Shown here: one piece after another, positions 54,352-64,000 of the stretch
How the letters are laid out: each line of letters begins with the position of its first letter
Numbering within the stretch: the stretch's first letter is position 1
IMG/VR virus record: IMGVR_UViG_3300038361_000164
Span: 107,086-171,085 of that record
Source: a virus
Direction: 5' to 3' (one strand)
Length of the DNA stretch: 64,000 nt
Translations under genes and position numbers: made by a program
The notes under the pieces: model-generated
Seen by the model: the letters and a program-made list of their open reading frames with translations, nothing else
Databases searched by the model: none
What the model was told of the DNA's origin: nothing

Positions 54352-56427
54352 TTGGAGTTTAACATGAATAAATTATTTAAAGATACACCGACAATAGAAA
54401 AACAAGGTTCCGGAATCTATATGGACAAGGACAGCACGAAATGGGTACGTCAAGTGATTACTCACTTTGTTCAAATGTTCCCACAAGCAGAATCCTTACC
54501 TATTGCCGTATCTTGGACCAAAAAAGAAGACACTAAAGGATACGCAGTAGGCTCATTAAAAGCTGGGAATGCGTCAGTGCCTCTTATTATACGAGAATGG
54601 CGATTAGCTCCTATGGACACAATGATTGTGAATGATAAGCCATTACCTCTTACAACCGAAATGCTAAGTATGTTGATGATTAAGGCACAACCATTTAAAG
54701 GATTAGTGAATCATAATAGAACTGGTATCGAAATGATGTTTGGTGGGATGCAAATGTCTCCTACAGGATATCCAACTCAAGACACATCAGAAGGTTTTAA
54801 CAGACCAGCAAAGGTAGCTTCTTTTATTGAGAATCTATCATCTATAGATAAGAGAGTGGTTAAAGATCTTTTAGAAAAAGTAGCCGCAGATCAAAGCATT
54901 ACATATGGATTTGTACAGAATGAAACAACAGAGGTTCTTGATCGACTAGTGAAGAGTGCAACGAGTGTTGAATCTTCTCAAGAGGCATTTCTAAGGGATT
55001 TAGATGTAGACAGACAATTAGTAGTGCAAGATCGCGAGGGTAACCATCATGTTAAGCAGGCATGTGCTGGGTTTGATCACACTTGGAGTAAGCAGATTCC
55101 ATCTTCAGATGTAGACAAGTTTCCTACATTATCCGCCAAGCTTCCAGAGATTGTGAAAGTAGGTGATGTTAAAGAGGAAAAAGTAATAGCACACAATAGT
55201 TCACCAGAGGCGGGCAAGATAGGCTGTTGGTATACTGAAGACGGCACTACAGAGCATTTTGAGATTACCGGCGTGACAAAAGTAGCTAATGAAGACAAAT
55301 ATAATATATATCAAAATAATTCTAGATTCCTTTGTGTTGATGAAGACCAAAATTGGTTTGAACATGACTCAAGCGAGGTAAAGACTGCTGAAAACTTCAA
55401 AATAAACGGTGATTTCCCCAATATCGGCTCAAAAGGTGTGTTTGTACTTAGAAATCAAACTACACCTCAGTATGAATTGCGAAATATGACAAAAGAAGCT
55501 GGAAAATTCACAAAAATCTCAGCATGGACTGGAACAGGTGTCCATTATTTGCATTTAACAGATAATGATAGTGATGAGTTTATAGTTGATGGCGTGGATG
55601 TATATTTACCAAAAACAGCTAAGTTTATAGCTTTGAAGGATGAATTGAAGACTATTGCCATTGAAAAACAGGCAGAATTGGCTGAAAATGCCCATCGAAC
55701 AGATAAAATAGCCTTTTTAACTGTGAATGGATTTAAACAGACAAAATATGTAGTTGGTGGCGATAAGTTAGAGAAAATAGCTGAAGATGTATATAGAATT
55801 CCAGAGGGAACACAGTTTCTAGAGGTTAGTCCTGAGAAAATAGCGGAAGTATTGCCTACTTACACAGACATTGCAACACATAGAATAGATAAAGACTCAT
55901 ACGGCTATTATTCGCTGAATGGGCCTGAGTTCTCTAAATATGCGGCACAAGGACACAAGATAAGAGATTTAAGTCATGCAGATGCTAAATGGGCTCTTAT
56001 TTCATGTGATAGTACTTTAGATGTGTTAGATAAAATAGCTGACGCTAAGTTTACAACATTAGACGTCAATAACGTTAAAGCTCCAGTACCTGTACAAGCT
56101 TACTTAGATAAGATTGCAGAGAAATATGAAAATGGATTAGAAGAGATATTTAATGTAGAAAAGACACATTTATTAAAGTGTGCAGCCTCATTGACAGATA
56201 AATCCACTGTTGATGCCATATTGTCACTAGGAGTGATTAATAAAAAGAATGCTGGCGAATTTATGGCCATGTTACCTTCATATGAGGCAGTTATGTCAGA
56301 TTTGGCATCTTTGCTTATTATGTCTAGAGTAGGTATGAAGCAGGTTTCTGAATTAGCAATTAAAGAAGCAATGGAAGCCATAACAACAGTAGTATTAATG
56401 CTACAAAGATTGAATGCAACAAACTAA
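54352..56427 (+). CDS. large hypothetical protein (691 aa)
   Basis: Long uninterrupted ORF with a Shine-Dalgarno-like GGAG upstream; no motif recognised. Confidence 0.55.
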   Translation: MEFNMNKLFKDTPTIEKQGSGIYMDKDSTKWVRQVITHFVQMFPQAESLPIAVSWTKKEDTKGYAVGSLKAGNASVPLIIREWRLAPMDTMIVNDKPLPLTTEMLSMLMIKAQPFKGLVNHNRTGIEMMFGGMQMSPTGYPTQDTSEGFNRPAKVASFIENLSSIDKRVVKDLLEKVAADQSITYGFVQNETTEVLDRLVKSATSVESSQEAFLRDLDVDRQLVVQDREGNHHVKQACAGFDHTWSKQIPSSDVDKFPTLSAKLPEIVKVGDVKEEKVIAHNSSPEAGKIGCWYTEDGTTEHFEITGVTKVANEDKYNIYQNNSRFLCVDEDQNWFEHDSSEVKTAENFKINGDFPNIGSKGVFVLRNQTTPQYELRNMTKEAGKFTKISAWTGTGVHYLHLTDNDSDEFIVDGVDVYLPKTAKFIALKDELKTIAIEKQAELAENAHRTDKIAFLTVNGFKQTKYVVGGDKLEKIAEDVYRIPEGTQFLEVSPEKIAEVLPTYTDIATHRIDKDSYGYYSLNGPEFSKYAAQGHKIRDLSHADAKWALISCDSTLDVLDKIADAKFTTLDVNNVKAPVPVQAYLDKIAEKYENGLEEIFNVEKTHLLKCAASLTDKSTVDAILSLGVINKKNAGEFMAMLPSYEAVMSDLASLLIMSRVGMKQVSELAIKEAMEAITTVVLMLQRLNATN

Positions 56428-56436
56428 GAGGGTATA

Positions 56437-56898
56437 ATGAAGATAATTAGACCACTAAGTGACAGAATTAGAGAAGCTAAAGCTAAGCAAGCTAGAAATG
56501 CTAAGCGAAAGATGAAAAAGAATATTACACCAAAGGCAGTAGAGCCTGATGAGGTAAATTCCAGTTTCATTGTAAATAAACATGATTATGAATATAACCA
56601 TTCCCTTATAGCCGAGTTGGATGGTGTAACTGTAGGTCTTAGTGATAAGATATCGGCTGTAGTAGATGGAGTGTGTCGTGGCGTAGGTACTTGAATGATT
56701 TTTCCACCAACAGGTGAAAAGCTATTTCTTATCACATTATACTCCAATGATGAGTTCGGAGAGATTGATTATTCGTTTCTTTATCGTAACTCTGAAGAAG
56801 ACACAATATATGAATTGGACGAAACATTACCTTTGGATAAAGCCAATATGATTGTAGGTCATCCATATAGACCGTTTCAATTAACAATTAAAGACTAG
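56437..56898 (+). CDS. hypothetical protein(s); ORFs 56437..56694 and 56695..56898 are same-frame, joined by TGA-ATG
   Basis: Stop codon TGA immediately followed in-frame by ATG. Confidence 0.35.
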
Positions 56899-57005
56899 AT
56901 TTGAATTCGGAAGAATAACAAACAAGGGAGGATGGGATTAGAATGGTAGCAAACAGAGCTGGCAAGAATAAACAAGAATATCACTGGTGAACTCATGGGA
57001 TTCAG

Positions 57006-57278
57006 GTGACAGCAGTAATAGTTTCGATAGTAATAGGATTAGTGGGATTTGCGAACAGTGCGTATGCGGTAAGTTATGGTGTAAAAGGAAACGCAGTAGC
57101 AATTGAGAAATTAACAGAAAGAATAGAAACGAATGCGGAAGATATCGAACAGCTGAAGGAAGAAGATAACAAGATGAAGCTTGAGACATTGAAACAATTA
57201 AATCTTATTAGACTATCTTTGACCGAAATAAAAGTTAAGATGGATATACCTATTTTACCCGAAACAGGAACAAATTAG
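57006..57278 (+). CDS. hypothetical membrane and coiled-coil small protein
   Basis: N-terminal TM then a charged helix. Confidence 0.4.
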   Translation: MTAVIVSIVIGLVGFANSAYAVSYGVKGNAVAIEKLTERIETNAEDIEQLKEEDNKMKLETLKQLNLIRLSLTEIKVKMDIPILPETGTN

Positions 57279-57430
57279 AGTCTTTAAAGTATAAGATATA
57301 TGATTAAACTCACATTGGCTATGATTAAACTTCAAATATATAGAAATAACAGCTATTTAATATTATTAAACCATAGTTTGATCCTGGGTCACCGCAGTTA
57401 ACAAATTTTAAACAATCAATTATTTCTTAA

Positions 57431-57766
57431 ATGATGAAAAATTCACCTCCACTTTTAATAACTAAGAAAGCAGTAGCGGAGTGTAAAGCGCTCAAAATCC
57501 AAAACAAAATCAATAAATCACTAGTTTTGAACGTAAAAGCGACCGAAAATGAGCCTGGAGTAGTAGAATTCAACATATTCTTCGCTAAGAAAGATAAACA
57601 CGATCATCGCTACACAACTCACGGCTTACCTTTCGTACTCGACATGAACACAGCGCTTCAGTTGTGCGGTAGTAAGCTAGATTACACAGAATCAGAATTC
57701 GTCTTCACACATCAAGAGTATGCTGGTCACACACCACCAAATGTTGATGAAGTGATATGGAACTAA
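57431..57766 (+). CDS. hypothetical protein
   Basis: 111-aa ORF. Confidence 0.4.
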   Translation: MMKNSPPLLITKKAVAECKALKIQNKINKSLVLNVKATENEPGVVEFNIFFAKKDKHDHRYTTHGLPFVLDMNTALQLCGSKLDYTESEFVFTHQEYAGHTPPNVDEVIWN

Positions 57767-57783
57767 TAACCAAATAAAAAAAA

Positions 57784-58044
57784 ATGGACACACAAATAAG
57801 CGCCATTGAGAGCATTCCAACACTAATACCAACAATACCAGAAGAAAAGATTATCATCTATCTCCAAAATAAGGAAAATGCTGTAATAGGCGAGTTCTTT
57901 GAAGATGAGTATGGAACACTTGACTTTAACGGAAAAGTAACAGATGCTGGCGGAGAGCTAGTGGAGTTCATACTAGAAAGCTTTCAAAATCGCATTAAAG
58001 AATTAGTGGAATCCGGGATTACCCGATTAACGAAGGATCCTTAA
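57784..58044 (+). CDS. hypothetical small protein
   Basis: 86-aa ORF. Confidence 0.35.
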   Translation: MDTQISAIESIPTLIPTIPEEKIIIYLQNKENAVIGEFFEDEYGTLDFNGKVTDAGGELVEFILESFQNRIKELVESGITRLTKDP

Positions 58045-58281
58045 GGTAAAAAAAATAAATAGCAATTAAGTGCTAGTTAAGCACTATATCAGTACTCAAC
58101 TAGCACTTACTTACCGATTTAATCTCCAGTTCTGGAATTTCTCCCACAACCATTGTGCTCCCAATACTATAGAAGCTGCCAACATCACTGTTAGCATGAA
58201 CCCAACTACCGTTGTTTCCATAATGATCTCCAATTAAGTATAGGAAGCGCTATTACAGCGCTCCCTATTAGTGACTGAGTG

Positions 58282-58467
58282 TTAGTCAGATGTGTTTGCT
58301 GCTTTCTTAGCCTTACGAGCTTCATTCATCTCAACACCTTTATTCCAGGTGTATGTGCCAACTCTTTTAAGACCTTTACCAACCCAATAACCACCAGCAA
58401 GAATTCCTGCGGTTAGTAGATTGCTTCCAACTGCTTTACCATCGACTGAACCAAAAATATTCTTCAT
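58282..58467 (-). CDS. small glycine-zipper membrane protein
   Basis: AGILAGGYWVGKGL; preceded by GGTATAAGAAT motif at 58535-58546. Confidence 0.35.
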   Translation of the reverse strand: MKNIFGSVDGKAVGSNLLTAGILAGGYWVGKGLKRVGTYTWNKGVEMNEARKAKKAANTSD

Positions 58468-58936
58468 GTGTATCTCCTATTAAGGTTATGTGTATCAGTG
58501 CACGGCACGCCTTTGTGCTATACTACTGTACATCATTCTTATACCCTAAAATAGACGTAAAATAGTGGTAATGTCAGGTTAAAGCTGACCTTGGCACTAT
58601 GAAAGGTACTTGTTTTAAACACGATCTTAAGTCATTGGGTCCTACTTCGACCCCCCACGGCGACCCTACCTCTCCGGCTGGTGTTTTGTATATATTATAT
58701 TTTTTTTATTATTTTTTTTGAGCCCTATAGGGAACTTTTCTAGTATCGGTACGTTATAGAAGTATAGTTAAATAAATTTTATCATTATTTATTTGGTTAG
58801 TTGTTATTAAAAAAATCCTCTTATTTTTCTAGGCACTTTCACTGGTGCCTAGTTTTTTTTAACCTAAAAAAATAATTAACCTAGAGAAAAGCGGTCGACC
58901 ACCGCAATTCTCCTTTCTCACCGATTCAAATCTAGT

Positions 58937-59102
58937 CTTCCCAAACTCCGTCCATATCGATGTCTAAAACGTTTTCACATTCACATCCATCTTCCGGGCA
59001 ATCACATTCTTCATAATTGTCATCACAAGTAGGACAGTCACATCCTTCACATTCACAATTTTCTTCACTTTCATAACATTCAAAACATTCCTTGTAACTC
59101 AT
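58937..59102 (-). CDS. small acidic Cys-rich protein (~55 aa, below the ORF-track cutoff)
   Basis: Translation MSYKECFECYESEENCECEGCDCPTCDDNYEECDCPEDGCECENVLDIDMDGVWED. Confidence 0.35.
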
Positions 59103-59125
59103 ACTTCTTCCTTTCTTTCTTTCTT

Positions 59126-59506
59126 TTATTTTCCTAAAATCATGTCCAGTGTAGTCAGTAATATAGTATCGATGTTTGATAATTTATCCATAGATTTTCC
59201 CACTGATAAGGGTTCTTTTCTATATCTGTATAAATATGTTTTTACAGCAGTCGGACAATCTTCTGGAAGTATATCCGCACCGTGACAAAATACCCAATTG
59301 ACATCTGAACGGCCCATTTCACCCACCTCTACAAGATGGTGTCCACTATCATTGCTAGCAGCTGCTAAATGCTCTATAGGCATATATTCATCTTCACCCC
59401 AATGTTGTGTTTTAAAATCCAATAAGAATAGCTGAAACGGCCCAGGAAATCCATATCCAGTACATTCATAATCTTTGAATTTCGGCGGTCTTCCTATCAT
59501 AAGCAT
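59126..59506 (-). CDS. hypothetical protein
   Basis: 126-aa ORF; promoter-like motif at 59708-59719. Confidence 0.4.
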   Translation of the reverse strand: MLMIGRPPKFKDYECTGYGFPGPFQLFLLDFKTQHWGEDEYMPIEHLAAASNDSGHHLVEVGEMGRSDVNWVFCHGADILPEDCPTAVKTYLYRYRKEPLSVGKSMDKLSNIDTILLTTLDMILGK

Positions 59507-59875
59507 TATCTCCTTTTATTTAAGAAAGCCGAGCTAGATCTCCAATAGAAACCCGTGCCCGACTCCCAAATCATCAGCTTTTATTTTATATTATATCTTT
59601 TATTTGATATGTAATAGTTGTGTTTATTGGCATTTAACAACGCATAAAAACCTCCGTAGTTAATTATTTGTTCGCGTTATCGCAATTACTGTAGATAACT
59701 CTATACTATTCTTATACCATTTTTAACGTAAAAAAAGAGTTGGTACTAGGTGTAATACCCGCTCTTTTTTATTTTAATATGTCGGTTCTAACCTTTGCTT
59801 ACTGCATAGGCTGGACCTCCTTCCACCGCTATAACGGATTTTAAAAAGGATTTCATCATGAAGACTAAGTCATGT

Positions 59876-60211
59876 TTAATTTTTCTTTAAAACTATGTCA
59901 ACTTTTTTACGTAGCCAATCCACCTGTTCGTCTATATTATCTAATCTTTCCAATAGCGAATCTTTCCATAATTTAGTCAAAGTAGAGTTGTTAGCACAGC
60001 TATCAGCAAAATGCGGCTTAACTATATCACATATATCAGCAATGTGGCCAAGACCAAAGTCTAACTCAACTGCTACTTCTTTTGAGACAGTTCCCGTATT
60101 CAATAATTCTGCTATATCTTTTTTTAGACCCATATAAGTGATTTCCAAAATAATTGTGTAGGCCTCTACTAAATTCATTTTTTGACGTTCAGTAAGTTCA
60201 GTAAGTTTCAT
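59876..60211 (-). CDS. hypothetical protein
   Basis: 111-aa ORF. Confidence 0.35.
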   Translation of the reverse strand: MKLTELTERQKMNLVEAYTIILEITYMGLKKDIAELLNTGTVSKEVAVELDFGLGHIADICDIVKPHFADSCANNSTLTKLWKDSLLERLDNIDEQVDWLRKKVDIVLKKN

Positions 60212-60230
60212 ACTTTTTCCTTTTCTTTCA

Positions 60231-60617
60231 TTAATTGTAAAATTTTTGTACTAATTCGTCAAGTTCACTACGAGTTAAACTAAATGTAAGAATCACGTCC
60301 TTACAAGGTTCATAACTACTAGTGCTATTTTTCTTTAATTTCATAGTCTGTGTTAATTGAATTTGTATACTTAGGTCTCTTAGATAATATGCTTGAAGAT
60401 TTCCGGAGACTATAGTATCACCAAAACCTCTAGACATTAGCCAGAATCTCAAGTCAGGATCAAAGTGCACATGGACAACGTGAGTATGGTCAGGATTACC
60501 TGTTAAAATCTTTAACACTACTTCTTTAAAAGCTCTAGTGCTTATATCAATGTATGGACGTGTGTCCATCCTCAAGAATTGACCATTATCTATCCAAGCG
60601 ATAAAGTGTTTTATCAT
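60231..60617 (-). CDS. hypothetical protein
   Basis: 128-aa ORF; motif at 60661-60672 and a terminator-like hairpin near 60690-60720 lie upstream. Confidence 0.4.
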   Translation of the reverse strand: MIKHFIAWIDNGQFLRMDTRPYIDISTRAFKEVVLKILTGNPDHTHVVHVHFDPDLRFWLMSRGFGDTIVSGNLQAYYLRDLSIQIQLTQTMKLKKNSTSSYEPCKDVILTFSLTRSELDELVQKFYN

Positions 60618-60739
60618 ATGTTTCCTTTCTAATTATTTATAAATGTTTTTCATCTCTACTGTTCTTATACCATTTTTAACTTAAAAAAAGGGATACGAAT
60701 ACCCCTTTTAATATCTAAAACAATAGGTTATTTTTTCTC

Positions 60740-61144
60740 TCAACTAACTTTATCGCTAGTCACATATTCCGGAGGCAAGCCCATAGCAAGTTCCATATCA
60801 TCTTGCACTTTCTCTCCCTCTTTTATCGTTTTCTTCAATTTAATGAGTCTAGGTTCCGGCGGATATATTCCAGCATGATCAGGATGTATTTGTGCACATC
60901 TTCTCACTTCCATAGTGACAGGATTTAGCAAAGGTTTGAAATCTACGTGTAGTGTCCCCATTCTATCCCACTGAGCTATCTTACCTAACAACTTAGCACA
61001 ACCTAAACAAAACATAATATTTTGCCCACGGTTTCTCGTTGAGTAAGTATAAATGAGAGCATCTACATCTTTTTTCAACTTCGTGTCACAGCCTCTACAG
61101 AAGCAATCCCTTTTCGCAAGTCTTTTCGTAAACTCCCCACTCAT
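60740..61144 (-). CDS. hypothetical zinc-finger protein
   Basis: CFCRGC...CLGC. Confidence 0.4.
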   Translation of the reverse strand: MSGEFTKRLAKRDCFCRGCDTKLKKDVDALIYTYSTRNRGQNIMFCLGCAKLLGKIAQWDRMGTLHVDFKPLLNPVTMEVRRCAQIHPDHAGIYPPEPRLIKLKKTIKEGEKVQDDMELAMGLPPEYVTSDKVS

Positions 61145-61921
61145 GGGTTACCTTCCTCAACATAATTACAACCAGCCTCAACACATCTTCTTGGATGTGG
61201 TTGATCCATACTTTTACTGAAACAATGCACATGATCTTCAAGTATGCGTATAAACCCTCCGTCAAGCTCATGTGGAGGATCTTTGATAGGTTCGTCAGCT
61301 AGAAGCGCACCAACATCTCCATTAGTAACTGCGTAACTCAGCATATCAAAGCGCGTCCGTATTTTGACTAACGCAGCTCTTAACTGCATTATATGATTGT
61401 ATGCCGCATCATCTATTGTATGTTCATTTCCATTTATTTTAATCTTCTTCATTATTTCTCCTCTTGCATAATAAAATGAGTTTCCACTGCTATACTTAGA
61501 TAACCCTTGTCCACTTTCACATCCATTTTGTCAACACTGTCATTTAAAGCGGCAATTATATCTTCATGGAGTTTCTTATGCAGTTGTTCTGGATCATACT
61601 TTCCAAATCTAATGTCACACTCATTGCGTAACACTACGCTTTTTATTGTTTTCTTCATTTGATTTCCTCCATAACTTCTCCGTCTCTTAAAGCTTTAACC
61701 TTATCAATAGTCTCAATAAGATCCTGTTTCCATTTCTTATAGGCTTTCACCAAACCAATTACCGCTCCTTCCATGTCAAAGTCTCCAAACATCCAACTAG
61801 CGAGTATTACAGCCAAAGTAAATCCACCCAGTATACCACCCATTACTAAAGGAAATAATAAAACGAATAAACCATGTTTTATTCCAAATATTAAACTTAC
61901 CAGTGTAAAAAGCACAGACAA
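61141..61921 (-). CDS. three small hypothetical proteins (61141..61452, 61452..61658, 61655..61921)
   Basis: Overlapping small ORFs, the last with TM helices. Confidence 0.35.
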
Positions 61922-62003
61922 AACAGCTATTAACTTTGTTACCTAAGAACTATCTACTATAGTCCATATTATTTTTAATGTATTATTCATAACACTCCTT
62001 TTT

Positions 62004-63155
62004 TTACTTTTGTCTAATATCGTTTTGAATTGTTCTTTGTTCGACTTTGTTACAAATATCACAAGCTCTTTGTTGTGTTACCCACGTTCCAATCTCTTTA
62101 TCTTCCACGTTTTCATATTTATAATTACCTTTCATAACTTCACCTTCTCCAATAATTTCCCACCGGCTCAGAGAGTGAAGTCCAACGCTACATAAAAAAT
62201 TTGTTAAATCAAACATCTATCTATACTCAACAATAATTCTATCAACACTTTTAGGTATCTTCCCAACCTGAATTACTTCACGATCTTCATGATCTGTAAC
62301 CATACAGTCATCCAGGGATATCTCAACCCCGTCCTTGATATAACCCAATATGCAATCCTCCGAAATATCTTCTAGATCATCTCCTGCAACCTTACCTTTG
62401 AAAAACTCGCTGGTCTCTTTTGGGTACGATAATCCATTCTCGATACAGAACTTTACAGCTCCATAATGTTTCTTAAACTCTTCACTGTCTTTACTAGCAA
62501 ACGCTGTTACGCTAATACTACATGACATATTAATTCTCCTACGTTAGTGTTTTCATTACATTGTTATTAATTAAGTTTTTTAATTCCCAAGATCTTAACA
62601 TTTTCCCTTGAGATATTCCTTGTTCATATGCTTTTTGATACATTATTTCCAAAATATTTTTTATTTTGGCATTTCTTGGAATTGTCAGTAGGGTATCTGT
62701 GACATTATACCAATAATCATCTGGGTTTGTTATAGTTTTGTATGCAACTAGCCCTAACTTAAGTAATTGCTTATCAGTCATGGTAGCACCACCAGTATTG
62801 AATTACCATCATCCTCAGCCACTAGTGGTTTTTCAAAATACTCAGGATATTCTTTTACAAATACATCAAACCCTTTTTCTTCATATCCAATTAAATCACT
62901 GGTTATTGCAATCCATTTAAGCCCTTTGATCTTGCACCACTCTGCTATTGTTTTCACTTCCGAGTCTTTTATTCCACAATCCCCTACAATCAGCTCATCT
63001 ATTAAGACCGACTCATCTACACTTTCAGTTACATACATTCCTTTGTCAGAAGCATCCTGTTCGAGAATAGGTAATAGTTTATTGTATAACTCTTCACCAT
63101 CAATAATTGCTACTAGTTCAGCATGATTCATACTTTCGTAAAAAACCTTAATCAT
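62004..63155 (-). CDS. four small hypothetical proteins (62004..62216, 62217..62528, 62539..62781, 62778..63155)
   Basis: Contiguous small ORFs. Confidence 0.35.
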
Positions 63156-63174
63156 AATACTTTTTCCTTTTTAT

Positions 63175-63705
63175 TTATATTTGTTCACTCGTATTACTTT
63201 TTACCCGTCTTCGACGAGCACTAATTTCTGCAAGACTTAATCTTCTACGATTAGGATTTTTCCATTCTTCGTCCGGCTCATCACAGACACTTAAAAAAGC
63301 AACAATTTCCATCCATTCGTCTGGGACGAATCCAGCTTTATCATCCAAGTATATGTCGAAATAAGGCTTGGACTCATAATAGCCAAAGTCCTCATATGAA
63401 CGTATTTCCGGATTCTCATTTAGATAATCAAAGAAGATCTCATCTTCTTCTAATATTTTAATATATTCCATTATTTGATCTGGATAGGAGGAGGTATGTA
63501 ATATAAGCCTAATGTCGTCTCGCTGACTCAGCATTTGTAAAGCAGTGCGTGCAAAAGTATTAACAAACTTCAATTCCAATTTATCTAAATCATAATTAGG
63601 ATGACAAATCACCCCATGAATGTCAATCATCCAATAACTTTCATACCAATGATTCTTCATCTGCTTGGCATACTGTTTAGTAATTACATCAATTATTTGT
63701 CCCAT
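63175..63705 (-). CDS. hypothetical protein
   Basis: 176-aa ORF. Confidence 0.4.
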   Translation of the reverse strand: MGQIIDVITKQYAKQMKNHWYESYWMIDIHGVICHPNYDLDKLELKFVNTFARTALQMLSQRDDIRLILHTSSYPDQIMEYIKILEEDEIFFDYLNENPEIRSYEDFGYYESKPYFDIYLDDKAGFVPDEWMEIVAFLSVCDEPDEEWKNPNRRRLSLAEISARRRRVKSNTSEQI

Positions 63706-63707
63706 TA

Positions 63708-63938
63708 TTACTCCTTTCTTTTACCGTAAAATTCTTCTTCCATGTCGGTACCAACTTCTGACCAAGCCCCAAAAGTTTCATACCATTCTGGGTAACTGGC
63801 TTTCCTGTTACCTAACATATTCATGTTAACAACAAAGTGCCCTAAATCATCCAATATTTTTTCGAAAAAGGATTCAACGCTTAATAAAGTTTGTTCTTCA
63901 TCAATTGCTTGATCGGTTAATACTGGTTTTTTACTCAT
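63708..63938 (-). CDS. hypothetical small acidic protein
   Basis: 76-aa ORF. Confidence 0.3.
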   Translation of the reverse strand: MSKKPVLTDQAIDEEQTLLSVESFFEKILDDLGHFVVNMNMLGNRKASYPEWYETFGAWSEVGTDMEEEFYGKRKE

Positions 63939-64000
63939 TTCCCTGTTCTCCTTTGTAGACTCAATACTTTTAGTTTTTTTAATACACTTATCACAATAGT

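Noticed and set aside
54352-56427. Assigning the 691-aa plus-strand protein to portal, capsid or tail fibre
   Set aside because: No motif recognised by eye; calling it structural would be a guess, so it is left hypothetical.
315-64000. Genome-wide reassignment of TGA to a sense codon (code 4-like)
   Set aside because: TGA serves as the terminal stop at ATGA overlaps in at least four minus-strand genes (40512, 42702, 44348, 44872), where the downstream ORF is in another frame. Wholesale recoding is unlikely, and only context-specific readthrough in the plus-strand block is proposed.

Overview
This window reads as the early region of a large virulent tailed phage (roughly 38–40% GC, near-complete coding density, almost every gene on the minus strand). 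Its gene content resembles T5-like (Demerecviridae) or T4-like accessory regions, but I cannot place it more precisely and all homology calls below are from motifs read by eye. About 33 tRNA genes or tRNA-like elements sit on the minus strand between 2.2 and 24 kb, interleaved singly with small ORFs and three HNH homing endonucleases. Recognisable functions include a near-complete NAD+ salvage set (NadD-like adenylyltransferase, PncB-like phosphoribosyltransferase, NadE, an isochorismatase-family hydrolase, a NUDIX hydrolase) plus a NADAR-domain protein. There is a T4-type tRNA repair pair (polynucleotide kinase/phosphatase and RNA ligase 1), a RelA/SpoT-type (p)ppGpp hydrolase next to a MazG-like pyrophosphohydrolase, HflK/HflC homologues, and a Ser/Thr kinase, PP2C-like phosphatase and vWA protein in a row (TerY-P-like triad) with a large TerD-like protein elsewhere. 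Non-coding highlights are a repeat-flanked array of non-canonical tRNA-like elements at 2.9–4.6 kb, a tRNA with an amber-suppressor anticodon (CUA), an iteron-rich origin-like region at 48.2–49.1 kb, and a further ~1 kb non-coding stretch at 50.5–51.5 kb. A plus-strand gene block at 52.4–58.0 kb shows same-frame ORF pairs separated only by in-frame TGA codons, suggesting UGA readthrough. A promoter-like motif (GGTATAAGAAT on the minus strand) recurs at least six times. tRNA coordinates are approximate to within a few nt, and all tRNA folds and anticodons were done by hand and need software confirmation.
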